Shown in pieces: positions 58,940 to 64,000 of a DNA stretch of 64,000 nt. This DNA comes from Octopus sinensis (Eukaryota): the NCBI RefSeq assembly GCF_006345805.1, contig NC_042997.1, forward strand, positions 203,856,001-203,920,000, given 5' to 3'. The notes under the pieces were generated by a model. The model saw only the letters and a list, made by a program, of their open reading frames with translations. It searched no databases and had not been told where the DNA came from. The position numbers and the translations under genes are program-made. The number at the start of each line of letters is the position of its first letter. Position 1 is the first letter of the stretch.

Positions 58940-59913
58940 ATGCATGGGTGTTTACATTCTGCACTGAGACGACAAGTTTCCCTGTAACTCTGTCCTTTCA
59001 AAGCAAAGTGGAATAAAACTCCCTGACTTGAAAAAAACAAAAAGATAAGTTTCAAGACAGAAAGAGCAATGCCTCAGTAATAACCCATGCTAGCATGGAA
59101 TCATGGATGTAAAACAAATGATTATATATATATGTGTGTGTGTGCATGTATTTTGTTGAATGCTCTATTGTACTATAGAATATATCTTATAGAATATCTA
59201 GTCAACATTGTACATACAGACAAATGTAGACCATGTCTTTATATAGAATACCTTCATGGACAGAAAAAGAGGGATTGGTCAGTCTAGTTTTGATCCTATG
59301 GTGGATTTTTGTTGGCAAATGAGCATCCTTTTTAACTAACCACAAGACATTGCTCATAGATCCACTATTGTTAAGGGCTTCAGTAAAACAGATAGACCAA
59401 CTTAAATATATAAATAGAAAGTATATACAAATAAATACATATGTACCTTGGATCATAGGGTGAGATGCTGTGCTTGAGGAGACTTTTTGAGTCAAGTACA
59501 CCAACATCAAAATCAAATCAAATTACAATCAAATGGAAATTTTAGTTGTGACCCCCATGCCGCTGGCTCGTAAAAAGCACCATCCAAATGTGACCAATGC
59601 CAGTGCTGCCTTGACTGGCTTCCGTACAAGTGGCATGTAAAAAGCACCATCCAATTGTGGTTGATGCCAGCTCCCCTGGCCCCTGTGCCGGTGGCACATA
59701 ACAAGCACCCACTACATTGTGTGTGTGTATAACAAATTATTTCTGTATTTTTTTTATTTTTAGACATCAGATTCTGAAATTTCATTTTCCCACCTGAAAA
59801 CCCACGAAAGCCATGAAATGCTTGACCAATTAGAGCAGCCATTAACTACAGATATACAGAACCAGATCTACGACACAGAAGAACTGCTTCTTGAAGAGCG
59901 GACCTTGGACTAG
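1065..59913 (+). CDS. Stabilin-like (stabilin-1/2 family) FAS1 + EGF/laminin-EGF type I transmembrane receptor; 25 exons, 5'-incomplete, about 1002 aa encoded in window
   Basis: 25 exons with polypyrimidine-AG acceptors and GT(A/G)AG-type donors whose phases all join into one open frame (3009 nt including TAG). EGF Cys spacing (CxCxxGYxGDGxxC), three FAS1 ends ([33 protein letters not shown]), hydrophobic TM and stop. Orthology to STAB1 versus STAB2 cannot be decided here. Confidence 0.93.
1500..1890. repeat. (CATA)n/(CA)n followed by (CCT)n/(CTT)n microsatellites
   Basis: direct reading; source of spurious ORFs. Confidence 0.95.
2205..2382 (+). CDS. exon 2: EGF, (K)[58 protein letters not shown](R)
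   Basis: ttttcaacttgcag acceptor, GTTTGT donor, phase 1-2. Confidence 0.92.
2690..3215. mobile_element. head-to-tail array of about 220-bp TTAA-flanked MITE copies (piggyBac-like), partly deleted
   Basis: repeated ttaaccctttt(g)ttaccatatttctgttgagatg...ggtatcaaaagagttaa units. Confidence 0.8.
3985..4160. repeat. (CAC/CAT)n trinucleotide tract
   Basis: direct reading. Confidence 0.9.
4474..4561 (+). CDS. exon 3: [32 protein letters not shown]
   Basis: gtttcag acceptor, GTGAGT donor, phase 2-0. Confidence 0.93.
4600..5175 (+). mobile_element. (GAT)n-tailed SINE-like family C copy with expanded internal 45-bp tandem array (4621-4877)
   Basis: GGTTGGCATTAAGAAGGGCATCCAGCTGTAGAAAC body, CCAACCCATGCTAGCATGGAAAG...GATGATGAT tail. 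About 20 other copies, e.g. 12425-12620, 17645-18020, 19250-19585, 25090-25570, 32845-33125, 51040-51430, 56795-57060, 58425-58740, 63805-63975. Confidence 0.85.
5295..5742 (-). mobile_element. tRNA-derived SINE family A (about 400-450 bp, internal (TA)/(CA) microsatellite)
   Basis: head TAGGCxxAGGAGTGGCTGTGTGGTAAG...GGTTCAGTCCC (A/B boxes), CCTTGGGCAAGT CORE-like block, tail CCAGCATGGCCxCAGTCAAATGACTGAAAC. Other copies 7275-7665, 15320-15705, 21489-21900, 21928-22330, 28680-29030, 34400-34590, 37222-38450 (split), 52013-52400. Confidence 0.88.
5973..6255 (+). mobile_element. tRNA-headed SINE-like element with hammerhead-like 3' module
   Basis: GGCATAGTGGTTAAGAGC...GAGTTCGATTC head; CCGATGAAGGTTGG...TAGCTGAAATGTT core; (AATGTAAAT)n tail; second locus 62697-63005. 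Confidence 0.75.
6341..6493 (+). CDS. exon 4: [54 protein letters not shown]
   Basis: ttgtag acceptor, GTAAGT donor, phase 0-0. Confidence 0.94.
7868..7963 (+). CDS. exon 5: [35 protein letters not shown]
   Basis: ttttctttcag acceptor, GTAAGT donor, phase 0-0. Confidence 0.94.
8784..8927 (+). CDS. exon 6: EGF end and FAS1 start, [48 protein letters not shown]
   Basis: cag acceptor, GTAAGT donor, phase 0-0. Confidence 0.93.
9211..9315. repeat. perfect about 48-bp-arm palindrome
   Basis: TATCTAAATGGAGAATTTCTGGATCCCACCTGTGGACTATAT... mirrored as ...ATATAGTCCACAGGTGGGATCCAGAAATTCTCCATTTAGATA. Confidence 0.93.
10526..10659 (+). CDS. exon 7: FAS1 (H1 motif [10 protein letters not shown])
   Basis: tttctttgcag acceptor, GTGAGT donor, phase 0-2; [44 protein letters not shown](A). 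Confidence 0.92.
10942..12234 (+). mobile_element. internally deleted Helitron carrying a PIF1-helicase C-terminal remnant (about 11515-11975)
   Basis: [29 protein letters not shown]...[12 protein letters not shown]...[13 protein letters not shown]; 5' TC AT-rich end; 3' GGGCAACGCTGGG...CCAGT. Confidence 0.9.
12936..13149. mobile_element. fold-back MITE with about 90-bp imperfect terminal inverted repeats
   Basis: aaaataagagctactaat...ggttaggcagatttttataa mirrored by ttataaaaatctgcctaacc...attagtagcttttatttt; partial copy about 25910-26035. Confidence 0.75.
13560..14460. repeat. (GAT)n, (CTA)n and (CA)-rich microsatellite tracts flanking exon 8
   Basis: direct reading. Confidence 0.9.
13850..13961 (+). 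CDS. exon 8: FAS1, [37 protein letters not shown]
   Basis: tcttacag acceptor, GTAAAT donor, phase 2-0. Confidence 0.9.
14641..14730 (+). CDS. exon 9: FAS1 end (H2), [30 protein letters not shown]
   Basis: tttcttttcttcttaaag acceptor, GTAAGA donor, phase 0-0. Confidence 0.93.
15752..15847 (+). CDS. exon 10: FAS1 #2 start, [32 protein letters not shown]
   Basis: ttctcttttag acceptor, GTAAAT donor, phase 0-0. Confidence 0.9.
16967..17175 (+). mobile_element. 3' end of a CR1/L2-like LINE whose tail matches SINE family A tail
   Basis: [13 protein letters not shown]...RAAASNSL then GGCGGTGCCCCAGCATGGCCACAG...CTGAAAC and A-rich tail. Confidence 0.6.
18659..18751 (+). CDS. exon 11: FAS1 #2 (H1), [31 protein letters not shown]
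   Basis: weak ataaaatag acceptor, GTAAGT donor, YTLFVP motif, phase 0-0. Confidence 0.87.
20050..20320 (-). mobile_element. RTE-clade LINE C-terminal remnant
   Basis: [20 protein letters not shown]...CPHC resembles RTE C-terminal zinc-knuckle region. Confidence 0.55.
20387..20515 (+). CDS. exon 12: FAS1 #2, [43 protein letters not shown]
   Basis: tgtcttttacag acceptor, GTTAGT donor, phase 0-0. Confidence 0.88.
20560..21150. repeat. compound (CT)n/(CA)n minisatellite, about 35-40-bp unit CACACATCTCATTTTCTTTCTCTCTC...
   Basis: about 15 recurring CACATCTCATTTT anchors separated by variable (CT)n. Confidence 0.9.
22276..22610 (+). repeat. tandem array (93/86/93 bp periods, 4 copies) of the SINE A 3' terminus
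   Basis: CTTCAAGGTGGTGCCCCAGCATGGCC starts at 22276, 22369, 22455, 22548. Confidence 0.92.
22710..22838 (+). CDS. exon 13: FAS1 #2 end, [43 protein letters not shown]
   Basis: tttttgccag acceptor, GTTTGT donor, H2 motif followed by the stabilin-typical RCD, phase 0-0. Confidence 0.93.
23112..23325 (+). mobile_element. SINE family B (GGCxGCGAGCTGGCAGAA head, GCCTTTCATCCTTTCGGGGTCGATAAATTAAGTACCAG core)
   Basis: near-identical copies at 16085-16320, 43207-43438, 51655-51885(-); variants at 2450-2650, 6663-6870, 36980-37190, 61155-61350. Confidence 0.85.
23686..24011. mobile_element. fold-back element family F, copy 1 (about 110-bp inverted arms, 13-bp direct flanks)
   Basis: AGTAAAGATTGTTTGCCAACATAGCATGGCAGTCCTGGTTTAGGACGAATG mirrored; flanks aaggaatt(t/c)attg. 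Confidence 0.8.
24467..24607 (+). CDS. exon 14: Cys-rich linker, [47 protein letters not shown]
   Basis: ttctcttttag acceptor, GTAAGT donor, phase 0-0. Confidence 0.91.
24712..24893 (-). mobile_element. R4/Dong-like non-LTR retrotransposon RLE-domain remnant
   Basis: [14 protein letters not shown]...[34 protein letters not shown]. Confidence 0.8.
25675..25717 (+). CDS. exon 15: [14 protein letters not shown]
   Basis: atttccag acceptor, GTAAGT donor, CCxGYYGPxC motif typical of stabilins, phase 0-1. Confidence 0.92.
26608..27040. mobile_element. Penelope-like element 3' fragment with inverted pseudo-LTR arms carrying hammerhead-like motifs
   Basis: arms 26608-26735 and 26947-27040 are inverted; spacer reads approximately FWMFT-LRTLTPHGF (GIY-YIG C-terminus-like, with frameshifts). 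Confidence 0.7.
26982..27037 (+). ncRNA. type I hammerhead ribozyme-like motif (partly decayed)
   Basis: GTCT CTGATGA [TGGAACATCCCA tactc TGGGATATCCTA] GAAA CAGCTG TA AGTC; palindromic stem III; mismatches in stems I and II. Confidence 0.7.
27330..27482 (+). CDS. exon 16: EGF, (E)[50 protein letters not shown]
   Basis: tttgtcttcag acceptor, GTAAGA donor, CPGG motif, phase 1-1. Confidence 0.93.
28344..28525 (+). CDS. exon 17: EGF, (N)[60 protein letters not shown]
   Basis: tttgttctgcag acceptor, GTAAGA donor, phase 1-0. Confidence 0.92.
29749..29890 (+). CDS. exon 18: [50 protein letters not shown]
   Basis: long poly-T tract then cag acceptor, GTACAT donor, phase 0-1. Confidence 0.92.
30505..30845 (-). 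mobile_element. R4/Dong-like LINE 3' end with (TAA)n tail
   Basis: [18 protein letters not shown]...[12 protein letters not shown]...[15 protein letters not shown]. Confidence 0.8.
30999..31126 (+). CDS. exon 19: EGF end and FAS1 #3 start, (A)[42 protein letters not shown]
   Basis: cttattttag acceptor, GTAAGT donor, phase 1-0. Confidence 0.92.
31638..31876 (-). mobile_element. Tc1/mariner-superfamily transposase N-terminal HTH remnant
   Basis: [50 protein letters not shown]. Confidence 0.65.
32644..32763 (+). CDS. exon 20: FAS1 #3 (H1), [40 protein letters not shown]
   Basis: ttttatctttcag acceptor, GTAAGA donor, LTVFVP motif, phase 0-0. Confidence 0.91.
34159..34290 (+). CDS. exon 21: FAS1 #3, [44 protein letters not shown]
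   Basis: ggttttcag acceptor, GTAAGT donor, HVV and TLAG motifs, phase 0-0. Confidence 0.92.
34596..35280 (-). mobile_element. Tc1-like transposase C-terminal remnant with right TIR, interrupted by a MITE
   Basis: [10 protein letters not shown]...[24 protein letters not shown]...LKRFEECC; TIR-like GAGTGGCCCAAAAGTAGGT at about 34600. Confidence 0.88.
34714..34933. mobile_element. complete 220-bp piggyBac-like MITE
   Basis: TTAA|CCCTTTCGTTAC...GTAACGAAAGGG|TTAA. Confidence 0.92.
36207..36543. mobile_element. fold-back family F, copy 2
   Basis: same inverted arms; identical 13-bp flanks ATGAAATCCTGTA at 36194-36206 and 36544-36556. Confidence 0.85.
36614..36736 (+). CDS. exon 22: FAS1 #3 end, [41 protein letters not shown]
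   Basis: tttcattcag acceptor, GTAAGT donor, H2 motif, phase 0-0. Confidence 0.92.
37615..37657 (-). ncRNA. type I hammerhead ribozyme, U3-A8 variant (minus-strand copy)
   Basis: reverse complement is CATACG TTGACAA GAGG CAATAA CCTC GAAA CCGGTC CGTGTG. Confidence 0.85.
37994..38036 (+). ncRNA. type I hammerhead ribozyme, U3-A8 variant (plus-strand copy)
   Basis: CATACG|TTGACAA|GAGG-CAATAA-CCTC|GAAA|CCGGTC|CGTGTG: stem I 6 bp, stem II 4 bp, palindromic stem III ACCGGT, GUC site. Confidence 0.85.
38533..38601 (+). pseudogene. decayed partial duplicate of exon 22 ([23 protein letters not shown])
   Basis: colinear with 36629-36697 ([23 protein letters not shown]), 11 substitutions in 69 nt; no phase-0 acceptor seen. 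Confidence 0.85.
39310..39333 (+). CDS. exon 23: 24-nt micro-exon VKEEGPHR (juxtamembrane stalk)
   Basis: tttctttgcag acceptor and CGG|GTGAGT donor, purine-rich, phase 0-0; fits between exons 22 and 24 but is not needed to keep the frame. Confidence 0.75.
40190..40930 (-). mobile_element. RTE-clade LINE reverse transcriptase remnant
   Basis: [11 protein letters not shown]...[10 protein letters not shown]...KTEYM...FKYHGS...ILVYG. Confidence 0.82.
40990..41546. mobile_element. fold-back family F, copy 3 (longest; about 170-200-bp arms)
   Basis: ATTCCTATTTTTAAATCTCACAACGAGAG...mirrored...CTCTCGTTGTGAAATTTAAAAATAGTAAT. Confidence 0.85.
41205..41248 (-). ncRNA. type I hammerhead ribozyme-like motif in loop of family F copy 3
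   Basis: reverse complement is TCTGTG CTGATGA AGGAAATAACCCA GAAA TC GT GA TA CACAGA; stem I 6 bp, weak stem II. Confidence 0.7.
42215..42620 (+). mobile_element. RTE-clade LINE RT-thumb remnant
   Basis: VESILLYG...[13 protein letters not shown]...LNLSWR...LHFVGHCW. Confidence 0.7.
43493..44546 (+). mobile_element. non-autonomous Helitron of the same family as 10942-12234, without helicase remnant
   Basis: shared 5' about 400 bp (TCTTGATAATATTAAAACTC...) and 3' about 200 bp (...CATTCTACAAACTGGCAAAC...GGGCAAGACTGGG). Confidence 0.8.
44973..45343 (+). mobile_element. Helentron-associated/DINE-like non-autonomous element
   Basis: 5' hairpin CCCCACCTT..AAGGCGGAGG; 3' CCTTGGCAGAGG plus hairpin GCACTCTCTGAGTGC before TT. 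Confidence 0.7.
45965..46290 (-). mobile_element. CORE/MIR-like tRNA SINE family E
   Basis: GTCCTTGAGCAAGACACTTT core; copies 49230-49530(-), 57890-58190(+). Confidence 0.75.
46528..46814. mobile_element. hAT-like MITE inserted into a family C repeat
   Basis: TIR CAGTGCTTCTCA / TGAGTAGCACTG; 8-bp flanks CATTAGAT / CATTCGAT. Confidence 0.8.
48515..48785 (-). mobile_element. tRNA SINE family D (GGAGGCGCAATGGCCCAGTG head)
   Basis: copies 39545-39830, 45660-45788, 54118-54410. Confidence 0.8.
49616..50330. mobile_element. piggyBac-like MITE array with a same-family copy (50048-50267) nested in the opposite orientation
   Basis: complete copy 49678-49899; nested copy flanked by TTAA at 50044 and 50268. 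Confidence 0.88.
53191..53358. mobile_element. small MITE-like fold-back (about 55-bp imperfect TIRs)
   Basis: GTAGTGAACC..GGCAGTCAAGCAG..AAAGCAAAAC.GAAAAGGGATT mirrored at right end. Confidence 0.7.
53876..54665. mobile_element. piggyBac-like MITE dimer, first copy interrupted by SINE D
   Basis: TTAA-CCCTT ends, linker CAAATGATTAATTTAA. Confidence 0.8.
54980..55500 (+). mobile_element. CR1/jockey-like LINE 3' remnant
   Basis: [22 protein letters not shown]...[25 protein letters not shown]. Confidence 0.7.
55761..56145 (+). mobile_element. complete 385-bp non-autonomous Helitron
   Basis: A|TCTTTATATATAAAAG...GCAACGCCGGGCGATACTGCTAG|T: 5' TC, 3' CTAG, A/T insertion site, no TSD. Confidence 0.88.
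58274..58390 (+). CDS. exon 24: transmembrane helix, [39 protein letters not shown]
   Basis: strong polypyrimidine tract plus cag, GTAAGT donor; about 20 hydrophobic residues followed by KK stop-transfer, phase 0-0. Confidence 0.92.
59764..59913 (+). CDS. exon 25 (terminal, coding part): cytoplasmic tail [49 protein letters not shown]
   Basis: tttttag acceptor after T-tract, open frame to TAG at 59911-59913. Confidence 0.86.
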   Translation, partial: TSDSEISFSHLKTHESHEMLDQLEQPLTTDIQNQIYDTEELLLEERTLD

Positions 59914-59974
59914 CAACCCACCAATATTAATGTCTGAAAGACACTTCAACTACAATCTAGGAGGATCTATTGTA

Positions 59975-59980
59975 AATAAA
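59975..59980 (+). terminator. candidate polyadenylation signal AATAAA
   Basis: 62 nt after the stop codon; AATAAA is common by chance in this AT-rich DNA. Confidence 0.35.
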
Positions 59981-61738
59981 TGGCAGAGACCTTTACAAAA
60001 ATAGCATTTGACAATTTATTCAATTTTTTGCAGTTTTAATTTCCCCCTTTTCAGTGGTTCTCAACCTTATTAATATGTAGGTCAGGTCCAAAATCAGGAT
60101 TTATTTTTTTAGGGAGCCACACCAAAAAAAGCAGAACACAAATCAACTAAAGAAAAATTTATTATATTTACAAAGGGAAGACTTGAAGGCCGCAGTGGAG
60201 AATCATTGGCTTAAACACTATTCTTTCAGTTGTTGGACAGCAACCATACTGGAGCACATTCTTCGAAGGATTTTTACTCAAACTAACCCCAGCACTTTTT
60301 AAGTCTCATCCTTATTTAACTGGTCTCTTTCTGCTACATCACTAAGCTACAGGGATGGAAACAAACCAACACCACTTGTCAAGAGGAGGGAGAGGCAAAC
60401 ACAAATACTTAAAAACTCTTTCAAGTAAGCATGGCAGAAAGAATGCAAAGGAAAAGGATGTAGTGGCTTTGATGTGTCAACCCACTAATCTCGCCTTGCC
60501 TTCACCTTCTCCTTCATACCTCTATGGTTCCCGCCAAGCTCCTTTTCTCTCACTGCTTCCCCCAACCCTGCCTCTCTCTCTTCCCTTCCATGAAACCCCC
60601 ACATCCCATTTTCCTCAGCTTCAGATCCTTGTTACCCTCATTTCTTTCTCAATCTTAAGCCCCTTCTTTTACTCCTTAACATAGGACAATGCTAGATTAC
60701 TCCAACACACTCCACCCTGTCACTCTTCTACCCTCCCCCTCTCTCATTTCTTCCTTCAGTTGTGGTACGTCTTTAGGTCTTGCCAGTTGTAAGGCAACCT
60801 CACTAATGCTGGTGTCATAAAAAAAAAGAGCACTTGGTAAACCCTGTAAAGTGAAAAGCATGGCATCCACTTGTAGAAACCATACTAAAACTGAGACACT
60901 GGAGCATCAGACCCTTTCAAACCTTCCAACCCATGACAGCATAGAAGACGAAAGCAAAATAATATATGCTTAGCTGTATTTCATGTCTATATGTTCTGAG
61001 TTCAAATTCTGCTACGGTCAAGTTTGCTTTTCATCCTTTTGGGATTGACAAATTAAGTACCAGTTGCATACTGGGGTCGATCTAATTGACCTGCCACCTC
61101 CCCCAAAATTTTGGGCCTTGTGCCTAGAGAAGAAAAGAATATTTTGGTAACTTCAAGGCAGCGAGCTGGCAGAACTGATAGCACGCCGGGCGAAATCCTT
61201 AGTGATATTTTGTCTGTCCACCAAGGTCAACTTTGCCTTCCATCCTTTCAGGGGTGGATAAATTAAGTACCAGTTATATACTGGGGTCAATCTAATTCAC
61301 TGCCCTCATCCCCCAAAATTTCAGCCCTTGTGCTTAGAGTAGAAAAGAATATATATCGCATCATCACTTGAGGCCCACTTTCCAGGCTGATGTGGGTCGA
61401 ATGGTTATAAAGTTACTGATGCAAAAACAGAAAAATTTACAAATCATTATCTCAGACATCATACAGTCAAGAAGTTTGCTTTTCAAGCACATCACTTCAG
61501 GTTCAAGTCTACTGCACTGCATTTCAATCAAGTGCCTTCTACTGTAGCCCAAGGCCATCAAAAGGCTTGTGAATGAATTTGGCAGACAGAAACTGAAGGA
61601 GCCCATTGAATGTGTCTCTCCTTGTGACACTGCATTATAGTAGTGTCACTGTCATTCATTTCCAGTATTTAGTGAAAGCACATCTGATCATGGGGTTGGC
61701 AACAGGAAGGGCATCCAGCTGTTGAAATTCTGCTTTAA

Positions 61739-61952
61739 CCCTTTTAGTGTTCAGATTACTCTGTTAAATGTAAAACTTTTCACTCAAATTGTTTTTAATT
61801 AATCATGCATTATCTTATAGCATTGAGGTTTCAATGATGTGATTATTTTTAAAATGTCAATGTAGATTAGGTGTGAGAGGCTAGATATCACCCATCTGAA
61901 TATAAAACATAGAATATTTGGGCTGGATATGGCCGGTCTAAACACTAAACGG
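61739..61952. mobile_element. second TTAA-flanked MITE family
   Basis: TTAA|CCCTTTTAGTGTT...AACACTAAACGG|TTAA; related degenerate copy about 18395-18600. Confidence 0.7.
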
Positions 61953-62696
61953 TTAATAAACTCCATCTGGCCTTTGTAAGCATGAAAAACTGATGCTAGA
62001 TGATGATTTGTTGAAGTATTTGAAACCTGAGATGGTTTTGGGTGTCTCAGGGATGATGTCTTTCACCATTATTTCACCTTCATATCTAACAGTTTCCTCT
62101 CTCTCTCGCTCTCTCAATAATCTGAGGGTTTAGATTTCTTCACTGAAAGCTTTAGAATTGGGTGCAAGGGATTCTTGTTTAGCCACAAGTTGGTCCTGAA
62201 TGAGCAAAACTTATTGAGACAACCTTCTCGATAAATCTGTTCCCCTCTCTTAACACTTCACCCAGTCAGCACTCCTATTTTGTTTTCAGTCAAAGCAGAT
62301 CTTTAGTTGAATTACAAAATGACCCCTTTATGCTGTTGACACACAACTCTGCCCCCCACCCACCACAAAAAAACAGTGCACTCTGTAAAGTGGAGTAATC
62401 TTATTGAGCGGAGAGGACGAGACATCCTCTGGAGTGGTGCAATGGAAACAATGTACCCAGAACACTTTGTCAAATTGTTGGTGTTAGGAAGGACACCCAA
62501 CTGTAGAAATCATATGAATGGTGAGACATAGGGGCAAGGCAAGCTTATTTGTTGGATCCTGCTGGACTGTCTGAACCAGTGGTTTCCAACTGGGGCCCCA
62601 TATAAGATGTTGTTGCTAAAGTTTACGTACAATAAATTGGTTATACTTCTCCAACAGACAAAATACAGTTCTATATTTAAGAGATGAGGAATTATG

Positions 62697-63005
62697 TACA
62701 TTATTTACATTTGATGGATATTTGTCATCTTGTTTGTTGTTAACACGTTTCTGCTGATGAGCCCTCCAGCCTTCATCAGGTTTCTCGGGGAAATTTTGAA
62801 CCTTGGTTAAGAGTGCGGGCTACTAACCACAAGATTCCGAGTTCGATTCCAGGCAGTGACCTGAATAATAATAACATCATCGAAAAATACCTTAGGAATG
62901 AGAACCCAGGTTCGAAATTTCCCCAAGACACCTGAAGGCTGGAAGGTATATCAGCTGAAATGTGTTAACAACAAACAAGATGAGGACAAATATCTGTCAA
63001 TTGTA
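62697..63005. mobile_element. tRNA-headed hammerhead-tail element with inverted 5' duplication
   Basis: 62697-62802 is the reverse complement of the 3' module at 62910-63005; tRNA-like head lies between. Confidence 0.8.
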
Positions 63006-64000
63006 AAAAAACAGACAAAACATTAATCTTTCTTTTACGATTCCTATAAAAATACAACAGGGCTTTTAAAACATTGAATGGCAGGTTCCAGTTGAGTAAA
63101 ATAGGAATCAAAAAGGGTCCAAAGGCAAACAATGGTTGAGTATCACTGGACTGAACCATAACAGCATAGAAAACAGACACGAAATGATATCTAAGACTAC
63201 ATTATACATGTCCCTTTTACTTTAGGTTGGTAATATATAATTTGAGGGAGATTTATCTCTAATTGGCAGCTTGTTGAGCAACAACCTGTAGGCTTCTTGT
63301 GCACTGATGTTGCCTCAGGACCACATTTATGAATGGAAAGCAGTCCAGTAGTTACTGAAGCTACGTATAGTTGTGTACCTCTCTGTGCCATGTGAATTCT
63401 CCAAAGAGAGTATTGGAACAATTCATAAAGTTGAAATTATGGATAGCAATGTTTAAATAACTCCACTCTTGTGATCATTAACAAAACTCTAGCTGAATAA
63501 TGATCCCACTGCACTCTTATGGTCCCATGTAAAAAGCACGGGTGCTGGTGCTTTTTAAGTACCAGCTGAGTACTGGGGGTTGATGTAATTGACTTACCCC
63601 TCCCTCAAAATTGCTGGCCTTGTACCAAAATTTGAAACCAATATCTAATAAATCATAAAGGCCAGTAGTGGTCAGCAACATCTTAATGTCCCGGTGATAT
63701 TTAGTTATAGTCTTGTTATATCCTTGAGAACCAACTTTGCCTTTAATCCTTGAAGGGAGGGCCATATAACTTAAGCATCAGGAGTTCCATCTAAAACATG
63801 GTTTTCATCATCATCATCATCATCATGGGTTGGACGGTTCAACTGGGGTCTGGGAAGCCAGAAGGCTGCACCAGGCTCCAGTCTTATCTGGCAATGTTTC
63901 TACAGCTGGATGCCCTTCCTAACGCCAACCACTCCGTGAGTGTAGTGGGTGCTTTTTACGTGCCACCTGCACAAAGTAAGATAGGGGTTATGAAATTTTG

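Overview
Eukaryotic, AT-rich, microsatellite- and SINE-saturated DNA whose repeat landscape suggests an octopus or other cephalopod (inference). The + strand carries the 3' part of one stabilin-like (FAS1/EGF) type I membrane receptor gene. I traced 25 GT-AG exons from 1065 to 59913 that splice in one continuous frame to about 1002 aa: EGF cluster, FAS1, FAS1, EGF cluster, FAS1, TM, cytoplasmic tail, stop. The gene's 5' end lies upstream of the window. Introns hold tRNA-derived SINEs, RTE, CR1 and R4-like LINE remnants, mariner and Tc1 fragments, Helitrons, and piggyBac- and hAT-like MITEs. Three unexpected signals stand out. (1) Four different hammerhead-ribozyme-like retroelement families occur, almost all in fold-back configurations; the best case is a 360-bp retrozyme/Penelope-LTR-like inverted dimer (37395-38213) with an intact U3-A8 variant type I hammerhead. 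(2) A cryptic 25-bp minisatellite built from TACTAAC/ACTAAC (branch-point/STAR-protein motif) is spread over about 14 kb of the 18.9-kb intron in front of the TM exon. (3) That region also has a 24-nt micro-exon and a decayed duplicate of the last FAS1 exon. All coordinates were read by eye; repeat boundaries are approximate.
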